NCBI GenBank assembly: GCA_021108295.1
Contig: JAIORF010000102.1
Span: 391,041 to 455,040 of the forward strand
DNA length: 64,000 nt
Direction of reading: 5' to 3'
From: a bacterium
GTDB taxonomy: Bacteria; Patescibacteriota; Dojkabacteria; SC72
Part shown: positions 48,501 through 54,325 of the stretch, piece after piece
Layout: the number at the start of each line of letters is the position of its first letter
Position numbering within the stretch: position 1 is the first letter of the stretch
Translations under genes and position numbers: made by a program
The notes under the pieces: generated by a model
The model's database searches: none
The model's input: only the letters and a program-made list of their open reading frames with translations
What the model was told of the DNA's origin: nothing

Positions 48501-48635
48501 GGCATCATAACAACTTTGATGATAAGCCGCATAGGCTAGGTGTTTGTATGTCGAAAAGAAGGCAAAAGATACCACAAATGAGAAAGTAAGAACGGCTAAA
48601 GAGAGTATTTTAAAATCTAACTTGTCTTGTTTCAT
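42594..48635 (-). CDS. Giant (2013 aa) secreted surface protein: signal peptide, Cys-rich N-domain, 2x tandem ~300-aa [Ig-like + LamG/ConA-like lectin] repeats, Ig-like and beta-rich domains, CGNGxxDDGEECD Cys-rich repeat, C-terminal [TM / CarbopepD_reg-like / TM-TM / CarbopepD_reg-like] anchor
   Basis: Uninterrupted 6 kb ORF. N-terminal hydrophobic signal. 17 Cys in residues 40-130. Residues ~161-461 and ~462-762 are ~70% identical repeats containing a LamG-like core (WLLGT...YIDGVEDN...FAIGARPTGG). Myxococcus-type Cys repeat CGNGVLDDGEECD. C-terminus is homologous to the 8663..10777 product. Confidence 0.7.
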   Translation of the reverse strand: MKQDKLDFKILSLAVLTFSFVVSFAFFSTYKHLAYAAYHQSCYDACKADSAMPSDEDCGIACDTTNSFSECSISMRNVITTEGDAYGYCDSHSDYGKRECSDMCYSMQGETFFDCLDYCMAGCDPDCVDEYEIDYGVGFYAVFVMFDFCGELPMDGTYPTITLDQDFYFRSFTGSVNITGSVTDNVDIVAVNLYSVDSDSTTPCTLFGVFPTQTFSCDTENLLIDKSYKFEVKATDSVPYETIEDVLVELDVDNEEDLVALWRFDDDVNWMAEDINSMTPTNHGASQNSDGYTTDSLECSGGYITIDDSAELLSFDEADSSFKVEAMIKSNTYALSHSRIAGKYNAADNENSWLLGTDTTRVYCAIWIDGTQRSVNSTSALNIDEWYNVGCEWGAGDRQLRVYIDGVEDNVLDLSGVAGSLASSTNDFAIGARPTGGNRFDGLVDNVKVYSCETVDITDPVITLDQDFYFRSSTGSVTITGSVTDDTDIASVNLYSVDSNNTTSCTLFGVFPTQTFSCNTEVLSTDQSYKFEVKAMDAATNEAIEDVLVELDIDNDKDLVALWRFDDDLNWLAEDINSMSPTNHGATQNSDGYTTDSLDSSLGYMTVDDSAEVLSFDQDDSAFMVEAMIKHDSYAGDHVRIAGKYNATNSENTWLLGTHNTSQVYCAVWINGIHQGLYSTATLNVDQWYSVGCKWSAGDEQLRVYIDGVEDNTLDLSGAENPLASSTNDFAIGARPTGGSRFEGLIDNVKIYTYEIGDGHAPKIEFDPIDDPSAITDTTPTISGSITDPDLCEYAEYLVLDTSYLWAPDDIDDYTWTEFLPADGVWSTEEEDFSITLDEFTTEGGYHIYIRARDVYENASFYYHNGWIINYSIDSDYIMANRLFTLEFIDNSPPTIEPNEVQPNPSINKDLDILGYVEDYVSDTRSAIDTVEYSLDGGAWESVTILTSSGDGFEKEFMVDLSNLSIAEHSVRIKASDVEGNETADDYQVCYDDCMNTGLQDEEMCECSCDSHKKQSIQTVTFEIIEADVPDPELEEHTITFEDNSSVDSVNTSSIVGRSRIRLPLDYQFDLELELYTNKNDFGALYGEKLIGVDEALDGNLWLRFDDGTFGYYNVSTDALVRYPAVWAEAVKMIGITEFEHGGNKFLAIELENDYPLTIYSVGNTLTDTSDDSYDNYSILLGVNSSLLYVQIDTRGAYPCIYAIIANESIHGPSTAEMIWIDTQGTIDTIADDVATTWDAGDGIGGNHVSLLLDEARNRVVAGDYSADNVSYCDDNGTPSNKADDVCVVSSGDYTAGPIFDILVDDNGWYWFAGDDGVSATYVDDLATLNSDAYYPFFPKAELGSQRALKIAWIDNTEKGTEELLISTREGSIFAFDYNATYDDAFDDTVVSYTFPGELYGSYVAFDMIFDTPGADIAWLMMPGAGLYRLDIVRSFEPESDVIIWPEVQASEVNVDHFTLNSITGALVNNIDAFVSNDNGVNWYPVEIGGTVDFPTSDCQMKIKLVLDKVGEDTPVVLGISISYATYGEDPFLTSELNIDYPPTAPVGGDFDTEVLMLDELGLTPNWNGDIVVNAYRAVGGGDASYCFEFDIPTEIISGESVIGTTAWCSGTYNIRATIDDGRSVLGSNIVVSGFTSPEEEELCGNGVLDDGEECDPEMEGELPLCLEMDEKYVGGSVMCSNFCEYEYTECEEESILDPLIELITEVDEDGEVGLNVDAIVSLATTVAALSLLLVSLNTLPYYMLRALIGLLNLFRRKKAELEYGFVYDSLTKEPIARAIIRVIDMEGKVVETMVTGSFGEFYGDLEPGNYTLHVRKPGFDFPSSVITTSTDRNISNVYTGSLHISGTDVESVVAIPIDPIDASFGKKFVVGLLSRGSVWIMLLKFVVFVGLFVYSLVIYQQDASIINLLILVIYGLLSTLLVINSFEKRIRYGVVMDGQGNVLEGVKVVIKEREFEETVGERITDVKGRYRFVIKPGDYSLSIVSNGESLSGGAIEKTEKSPMIVNMDVVLK
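46350..48155 (-). repeat. Intragenic tandem duplication, 2 x ~903 bp (codons ~161-461 and ~462-762 of the giant protein)
   Basis: The two protein repeat units align end-to-end at ~70% identity. On the + strand the two ORF-track shadow ORFs (46393..46578, 47299..47640) are near-identical copies offset by ~906 nt. Confidence 0.8.
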
Positions 48636-48780
48636 TATTATTACATAATTGTATATTAATATATACTATTATGAATTTAGGAAGCTTGCAAATCCTTTTT
48701 ATATCTCATAGCACATAAAGCACTTAATTATCTTTCGTTTTTCTGCTAATATTAATTATATAAGTTCATACATTAATAAT

Positions 48781-49962
48781 ATGATTAAACATAAATTAAG
48801 GATATTAGGCATCTTACCTATACTTTCCATACTTCTTCTCTGTGGTTTTATAACCCAAAGTAGTGCTGCACAATTTGAAGCAGGAGACTACACACTAGAA
48901 CAATCAGAGATAATAGAAGAAAACCTCTATATTTCTGAAGCACAAACCATCACAATTGATGGAGTAGTAGATGGAGACCTCTTCGCAGCAGCAGAGAATT
49001 TAACAATTTCTGGAACAATTACAGGAGATATCTATGCAGCTGGTCGTATTATAGATATTTCAGGTAATGTCTATGGTAATGTGTTTTTAGCAGCACAGGC
49101 TGTAGATATTAGTGGAAGTATTGCACAAAACACTACTATTGCTACTGCGTTCTCAGATGTTTCCGGTACTATTGGAAGGGATTTATTGGTTTTTGCATCT
49201 GAAAGTGATATCTCTGGAAAAGTTATGGAAGATGTACGAGTGTTTACTTCTATATCTACCATTTCAGGAGCAATTAAGGGTGAGAGTATGATATTTGCTT
49301 CTACATCTACAATAGACAAGAATTTAGCTGTTGGAGAAATATATGAAAATATTGGTAGTGAGATAGAAGAAGAAGTACTTCTAAATGTCGAGAAGGATTC
49401 AAAGAATGGTTTCTTTGATTTCAATCCAGTTGGTGCAATCATGGGTTTTATTGCCATGTATATTGTAGGTATAGTGTTAATTTACGTAGCACCTGTTAAG
49501 GCTCTTAAGATTGAGAAAAAGGTAAATGGTTCTCTATCTGAATTCTTCTATAGCTTCTTGATAGGTCTCGCTGTTGTATTATTTCTTCCATTCCCATTAA
49601 TAATTCTCTCCTTTACAGTAATTGGTGCTCCCTTAGCTTTGATAATAAGTGCAGGATTAGTCTTTGTATTAATCTTTGGTAAACTTTGGGTTGAGAGTGC
49701 TATTGGTTACAAAATACTAGGAAGTGCGAGTAAAAAGGATGATAAGAGATTCCTGTCATTGCTAGTAGGTAGAAGTTTAACTACAATTATTAACTTCATA
49801 CCTTTAATCAGAACTTTTTACAAATGGACTCTTGGTTTAGTTGCAGTTGGAGCAGTAGTGAGAATGAAGTATGATTGTTTCAAAGATAGGAAGACAAAAA
49901 AGGTAGCTACAAAGAAGAAGGTTACTAAAAAGAAAGCTCCCAAGAAGAGTAGCAAGAAATAG
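48781..49962 (+). CDS. Membrane protein with N-terminal bactofilin-like (DUF583/CcmA-type) beta-helix repeat domain, C-terminal polytopic TM region and Lys-rich tail
   Basis: 393 aa. Signal/TM, then degenerate repeats (...ISGTITGDIYAAGRIIDISGNVYGNVFLAAQAVDISGSIAQNTTIATAFSDVSGTIGRDLLVFASESDISGKVMEDVRVF...) typical of bactofilin beta-helices. Then ~5 TM helices and KKKVATKKKVTKKKAPKKSSKK. Confidence 0.5.
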   Translation: MIKHKLRILGILPILSILLLCGFITQSSAAQFEAGDYTLEQSEIIEENLYISEAQTITIDGVVDGDLFAAAENLTISGTITGDIYAAGRIIDISGNVYGNVFLAAQAVDISGSIAQNTTIATAFSDVSGTIGRDLLVFASESDISGKVMEDVRVFTSISTISGAIKGESMIFASTSTIDKNLAVGEIYENIGSEIEEEVLLNVEKDSKNGFFDFNPVGAIMGFIAMYIVGIVLIYVAPVKALKIEKKVNGSLSEFFYSFLIGLAVVLFLPFPLIILSFTVIGAPLALIISAGLVFVLIFGKLWVESAIGYKILGSASKKDDKRFLSLLVGRSLTTIINFIPLIRTFYKWTLGLVAVGAVVRMKYDCFKDRKTKKVATKKKVTKKKAPKKSSKK

Positions 49963-49979
49963 TTTGGGTTATAAGAATG

Positions 49980-50005
49980 TGGGAGCTAAGGCTCCCATGT
50001 TTTAT
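49980..50005. terminator. Bidirectional hairpin terminator between convergent genes (TGGGAGC-TAAG-GCTCCCA, followed by TGTTTTAT)
   Basis: Perfect 7-bp stem with a 4-nt loop at 49980..49997 and a T-rich tract after it. It sits 18 nt after the bactofilin-like gene stop and overlaps the last codons of the dCMP-deaminase gene. Confidence 0.45.
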
Positions 50006-50528
50006 CATTAAACAAGGATTTACAATCCCCTATCTTTCCTAAAAACACATCTACTTGTATACCTGCTTCAAGAAGCATAAGGATGGATTCACTAAGATCT
50101 TTCTTCCAATCAGATTGTGTTCGAATAGCTTTTTCATAATGGAACACCACCCTTTTTATACCTGAGTTTATAATCCCATTTGTACAGGCAGGACATGGTA
50201 CCCATGTAGCATATATCGTACTGTCCTGAAGTGCTTTTCCAATCTTTGCTGCATTGTATATTGCATTTCTTTCTGAATGATCTTGGTATATGTATTTAGC
50301 AGGAGAAGAACTTCTCATTTTTGTAATCTCTACACCTTCTGGGAAAATGTTTGTACCTCTTGAGAGCAATTTTTCATCTTTGGTAATTACAGCACCAGCC
50401 CAAGTACTTTGATCTGTGGAATTAGCCTCTGCATAAAGGTATGCCTCTCTAAGCATGTTTCTCCCAAAGCCAGAGTTCACTACACCAATACTGCCTTCTT
50501 CAATTAGTATATCTAAAAAGTGTTTCAT
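49986..50528 (-). CDS. dCMP/cytidine deaminase-family zinc enzyme (ComEB/dCMP deaminase-like)
   Basis: 180 aa. HSERNAI (H-x-E) and PCPACTNGI (PCxxC) zinc-binding motifs. Confidence 0.7.
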   Translation of the reverse strand: MKHFLDILIEEGSIGVVNSGFGRNMLREAYLYAEANSTDQSTWAGAVITKDEKLLSRGTNIFPEGVEITKMRSSSPAKYIYQDHSERNAIYNAAKIGKALQDSTIYATWVPCPACTNGIINSGIKRVVFHYEKAIRTQSDWKKDLSESILMLLEAGIQVDVFLGKIGDCKSLFNDKTWEP

Positions 50529-50550
50529 ACTTCATTGTATACAAAATGCT

Positions 50551-51300
50551 TTATTCTGCCAAGAGAGAATTTATTACCTCTTCGAATGCATCAAAAGGAT
50601 ATGCTCCAGCAATTAATTTGCCTACCACATTACCATCTTCATCCAATATTCCTACTACAAAACCTGGAGTACCTTCTACGCCTGCATCTGCACCTGCTTG
50701 GTAGTCTGTATCTATTGCATCTCTATACTTATCGCTTTCTACACACTCTTGTATATTAGCACCAAGACCATTTGCTACATCGTATAGGGCTTCTATACTA
50801 TCTAGCATGAATGCTTCCTTGTGATATTTAAGATATGTTTCTAACCCTTCTTGTTCAAATACACACTTACCTCCCATAGCTTGAGCATCGGCTAATTCAC
50901 CATGGATTGAATATTCTCTATACACATATATTGCTTCTCCAGTCTCTATATATTTTTCAACTATGGCAGGATATTCTTCATCTACATGTCTTTGACAGTA
51001 ACCACAAAGGTAATCACTGTATTCTACAATAGCTATCTTAGCAGTTTCTTTGTCCCCAGAGTATGGAGCATCTCCAATATCTGTACTTGCACTTGGGAAT
51101 TGATATTGACCATCAGAATCCATTTCTTCACCTGCTACACTCCCAATATTGTCAGTATTTATACTGTCGTTATTATCCTTACTTGCAAAGAATATTGTAA
51201 TTGCAATTATTACTCCTGCTATTATTATTGCTCCTGGTATTGCAAATTGATCTAGACTGATGACTATTTCATCATTGTTGATTTTCTTTTTCTTGGACAT
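50551..51300 (-). CDS. Membrane-anchored DsbA-like thiol:disulfide oxidoreductase (thioredoxin fold)
   Basis: 249 aa. N-terminal TM helix. CxxC active site in YSDYLCGYCQRH. Confidence 0.65.
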   Translation of the reverse strand: MSKKKKINNDEIVISLDQFAIPGAIIIAGVIIAITIFFASKDNNDSINTDNIGSVAGEEMDSDGQYQFPSASTDIGDAPYSGDKETAKIAIVEYSDYLCGYCQRHVDEEYPAIVEKYIETGEAIYVYREYSIHGELADAQAMGGKCVFEQEGLETYLKYHKEAFMLDSIEALYDVANGLGANIQECVESDKYRDAIDTDYQAGADAGVEGTPGFVVGILDEDGNVVGKLIAGAYPFDAFEEVINSLLAE

Positions 51301-51366
51301 GTTATAAGCCTGTAAATTTATTTAATCAGTCATTATACCATCTTTTAAAAAATGGTATACTAAATT

Positions 51367-52212
51367 GTGGAGAGAGATGTAATTGACAAAAAAGAAGATT
51401 CTACTGCTCTACATATATTCACACTTTTTGTTGTTGTGTTAATTGTCGGCTTACCTATTTACGGGTATTTCAAACTTAAGCCAGATACTGTTGTTAATCA
51501 AGAAGAAAGAATTGAAGAAGAAAAGAGTATAGATGGGGAGGTTTTAGATGAGGAGAGCACTCCTCTTGTCGGGAAGGGATACATAGAAGAGATAGTTGAG
51601 ATAGAGGGGCAGTGGGCATATATTGTTGTTCCTGCATATATTGATATTGAGAACTTACCTACACTTGTGATTTACAATCATGGTTCTCTTACCTTTGTAG
51701 AGGAGGAGATGGATGAGGAGTTTAAGTGTAAGCTTTTGGAGTATGGGGAGGCTTTCACTGTACATAATTATACATTTGCTGTTTCTAATGCTCATGGTGT
51801 TAATTGGGGAAGCCTAGATTCGATTAATGATAATTATAGTATGTATGAATATATCAAGGAGAAGTATGGGATACAGGAGGGGATATATGAGATAGGGTTT
51901 AGTATGGGGGGACTACCTGCTATGAATTTTGCTACTACCTATCCTGAATTAGTCGATAAAATTGTACTACTAGCTCCTACTACAAGAACTGGAGAGTGGG
52001 ACAAAGATAGGGTTGAGAAGATAGAGGGTATAGATATTAAGATATGGCATGGGGATAGTGATATTAATGTTGGTTTAGTATATACACAGAATTGGGTAAA
52101 TAAAATAGAAAGTTTTGGAAAGGATATAGACTTAGTCATTCTTGAGGGTCAAACTCATTGGGATATAGATACAGAGTATATTGATGAAATACTAGAGTTT
52201 TTCTCTGATTAG
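51367..52212 (+). CDS. Alpha/beta-hydrolase-fold esterase/lipase-like protein
   Basis: 281 aa. N-terminal TM. Nucleophile elbow GFSMGG (G-x-S-x-G). Confidence 0.55.
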   Translation: MERDVIDKKEDSTALHIFTLFVVVLIVGLPIYGYFKLKPDTVVNQEERIEEEKSIDGEVLDEESTPLVGKGYIEEIVEIEGQWAYIVVPAYIDIENLPTLVIYNHGSLTFVEEEMDEEFKCKLLEYGEAFTVHNYTFAVSNAHGVNWGSLDSINDNYSMYEYIKEKYGIQEGIYEIGFSMGGLPAMNFATTYPELVDKIVLLAPTTRTGEWDKDRVEKIEGIDIKIWHGDSDINVGLVYTQNWVNKIESFGKDIDLVILEGQTHWDIDTEYIDEILEFFSD

Positions 52213-52626
52213 TTTTGCAATATTTGACAAACACAGATCTTCTTTCCTATTCCTGACTTCCTCATCTGATAGTATAGGTCCATTCCCCAGACAGAGTTTA
52301 AATTCATCGTATCTTGGAATAATATGAATATGGTAGTGAAAAACACTCTGTCCAGCTTTAGTTCCATTGTTTTGTAAGATATTGAAGTCTTCCACTTTGA
52401 ATGTTTTAGATATAGTTTTCGTAATCTTTTGAGCAACACCATACATATCTTTTATTAAGTCTTCAGGAACATCAAAGATATTCTCGTAATGTTCTTTAGG
52501 TATTACTAGGATATGACCTTTTTCAATTGGAAAATTATCTAGAAATGCGAAAATATCCTCATCTTCATATATCTTATGAGAGGGTACTTCCCCATTAGCC
52601 ATTTTACAAAAGATACAGTCTTCCAT
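52192..52626 (-). CDS. HIT-family nucleotide hydrolase/transferase
   Basis: 144 aa. Histidine triad HYHIHIIPR and N-terminal CIFCKM. Confidence 0.8.
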   Translation of the reverse strand: MEDCIFCKMANGEVPSHKIYEDEDIFAFLDNFPIEKGHILVIPKEHYENIFDVPEDLIKDMYGVAQKITKTISKTFKVEDFNILQNNGTKAGQSVFHYHIHIIPRYDEFKLCLGNGPILSDEEVRNRKEDLCLSNIAKLIREKL

Positions 52627-52627
52627 A

Positions 52628-52831
52628 TTACTCCTCTATGACAATTGCACTTACAGGGCATATACTTTGTGATTCTTTTACCTTACTTTCTAATTCCTTA
52701 GGAATATCCTTACCTTTTAATTCTTCTTTTACATCTACACTACCATTTGCCTTCATCTCAAATACTTCTGGACATACTGCTACACAGGATGCACATACTA
52801 CACATTTTGCTTGGTCTATTGAAACTTTCAT
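52628..52831 (-). CDS. Small single-cluster [4Fe-4S]/[3Fe-4S] ferredoxin
   Basis: 67 aa. CVVCASCVAVCP ... CP motif, as in Pyrococcus/Desulfovibrio-type monocluster ferredoxins. Confidence 0.7.
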   Translation of the reverse strand: MKVSIDQAKCVVCASCVAVCPEVFEMKANGSVDVKEELKGKDIPKELESKVKESQSICPVSAIVIEE

Positions 52832-52887
52832 CCTTCATGAGTTAAAAATTATCTATATATTCTTACAAATATTTGCAAACTTATCAA

Positions 52888-53400
52888 TTACCACACCTCC
52901 CTATGAATCTTTTCCTCTTGATATGCTTTCTCACTATGTGGAATTACTTCATTCTTAGGATAACCAATTGCCATAATACAAAGAACTCTGTAATCCTCTG
53001 GAATATTTAAAATCTTTTTTACAGACTTCTCCTTCCTACCTTCCTTAGAATCTTTACCTTTTACATTCCCCCAACAACAACCTAAACCTTGATTAGTAGA
53101 CTCTAAATAGATATGACCTGCAGCTAAACTACAATCCTGTACCCACATATCACTATCTGATGGCTTAGCAGTGATCACAATAGAGATAGAAGATGTTGAG
53201 ACAAACCTAGTCCACATTCCAACCTTACTCAACTTCTTCAAAACTTCTTTATCTTTCACAACCACAAATTCCCAAGGACATTTATGATTACCACTAGGAG
53301 CTACCATTGCAGCATTGAGTATTTCCTTAATCTGTTGATCTGAGACCTCTTGCTCTGTAAATTTTCTTACACTTCTTCGTTTTTTGAAAAGTTCATTCAT
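52888..53400 (-). CDS. Nitroreductase-family flavoprotein
   Basis: 170 aa. N-terminal KRRSVRKF...APSGNHKCPWEFVVV, typical of the nitroreductase fold. Confidence 0.7.
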   Translation of the reverse strand: MNELFKKRRSVRKFTEQEVSDQQIKEILNAAMVAPSGNHKCPWEFVVVKDKEVLKKLSKVGMWTRFVSTSSISIVITAKPSDSDMWVQDCSLAAGHIYLESTNQGLGCCWGNVKGKDSKEGRKEKSVKKILNIPEDYRVLCIMAIGYPKNEVIPHSEKAYQEEKIHREVW

Positions 53401-53444
53401 ACCTATATCTTTACAAATATGTATATAAATTGCAATTACTCTTT

Positions 53445-53717
53445 CTAGTTAGGTATACGTATTGCATCACCATTGATTATTGCATTTGTAATCTTTCGTA
53501 GAGTACTAACCAAATCTCTTTGATATTGACTCTGTGAAAGACCCATTCTTTTTGCAGCATTAGTCTGAGAAAGGTTCTCTACATATCTAAGCCTCATGGT
53601 TTCCAACTCTTCAGTAGTGACAACTACCTCATTTAACTTCCTAAGTGGAACACCATGAGGTTTATAGTATATATTGTTATAACCAAATTTTACTCTTCTT
53701 CTATGTCTTTTTCTCAT
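53445..53717 (-). CDS. DUF134 (UPF0251) family predicted DNA-binding protein
   Basis: 90 aa. MRKRHRRRVKFGYNNIYYKPHGVPLRKLNEVVVTTEELETMRLRYVENLSQ...GDAIRI follows the family pattern of a basic N-terminus, a GxPLREL-like segment, an HTH and a C-terminal GxAIRI. Confidence 0.7.
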   Translation of the reverse strand: MRKRHRRRVKFGYNNIYYKPHGVPLRKLNEVVVTTEELETMRLRYVENLSQTNAAKRMGLSQSQYQRDLVSTLRKITNAIINGDAIRIPN

Positions 53718-53723
53718 AATTGA

Positions 53724-53933
53724 TTATAAACAAAGTTTACCTTTCATTGTCATACCACACTTAGGGCATTTCTTTTCTGTACAAGGAATTCCTCTCTCGG
53801 AATTTTCTGTGTGTCCACATTCTGGACATGTACAAACTTTGAGGGTATTTCCTTTTCCTCTTGCTCTTCCTCTGCCTCTGCCTCTACCACAACCTCTTCC
53901 AAAGAATCCTTTTCTTAAAAATCTTCTTCTCAT
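53724..53933 (-). CDS. Small Arg/Gly-rich zinc-ribbon protein (resembles DUF5320-type proteins that accompany DUF134 genes)
   Basis: I trimmed the track ORF (53724..54008) to start at MRRRFLRKGFFGRGCGRGRGRGRARGKGN. The trimmed-off 5' part is a palindrome-rich intergenic region. C-terminal CTCPECG...CPKCG four-Cys zinc ribbon. Confidence 0.45.
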   Translation of the reverse strand: MRRRFLRKGFFGRGCGRGRGRGRARGKGNTLKVCTCPECGHTENSERGIPCTEKKCPKCGMTMKGKLCL

Positions 53934-53952
53934 ATTTTTATATATTAATTTA

Positions 53953-54012
53953 ATTGGGTATTTACCCAATACAATATACCACGCCACCCCATATGGGTCA
54001 ATACCCATATGG
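53953..54012. promoter_or_regulatory. Divergent promoter/operator region with inverted repeat ATTGGGTA-TT-TACCCAAT and two copies of the palindrome CCCATATGG(G) spaced 16 nt centre-to-centre
   Basis: Read directly from the sequence: 53953..53970 is an 8+8 inverted repeat. 53988..53997 (CCCATATGGG) and 54004..54012 (CCCATATGG) are self-complementary. They lie between the divergently transcribed Zn-ribbon/DUF134 operon and the CsoR-like/thioredoxin operon. Confidence 0.4.
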
Positions 54013-54055
54013 CATATTTGACAAACTCACCATATATGCTATACTCCAGTACAGT

Positions 54056-54292
54056 ATGAGTAAAAATGAAGAACTACAAAATCGAATATCAAAGATTGAA
54101 GGACAAATAAAAGGAATCCAGAAGATGATCGATAGAGGTAGAAATTCTTTGGATATCGTACAACAGATAGTGGCTGTCAACTCTGCTCTTAAAAAGGTCG
54201 GTATTGAAATACTTAAAGAGGAAACAGCTACTTGTGTCAATGACAAGAAGAAGTTTGAAACATTACTTGAGTCATTATTTAGGTTAAAATAG
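54056..54292 (+). CDS. CsoR/RcnR/FrmR-family (DUF156) small helical transcriptional repressor, atypical (lacks first-position Cys)
   Basis: I trimmed the track ORF (53954..) to MSKNEELQNRISKIEGQIKGIQKMIDRGRNSLDIVQQIVAVNSALKKVGIEILKEETATCV. This matches the R-x-x-RIEGQ-x-x-G...D-x-Q-x-A-x-ALD-KV signature of the family. Confidence 0.55.
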   Translation: MSKNEELQNRISKIEGQIKGIQKMIDRGRNSLDIVQQIVAVNSALKKVGIEILKEETATCVNDKKKFETLLESLFRLK

Positions 54293-54325
54293 TTAATAAT
54301 ATATTTTATTTTTTATTCAATAAAC

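Noticed and set aside
53934-54008. N-terminal extension of the Zn-ribbon ORF (MGIDPYGVAWYIVLGKYPIKLIYKN) and the 5' extension of the CsoR-like ORF (53954..54055).
   Set aside because: Both extensions run through the palindrome-rich divergent promoter region and encode non-protein-like sequence. Internal Met codons give compact, family-typical proteins.
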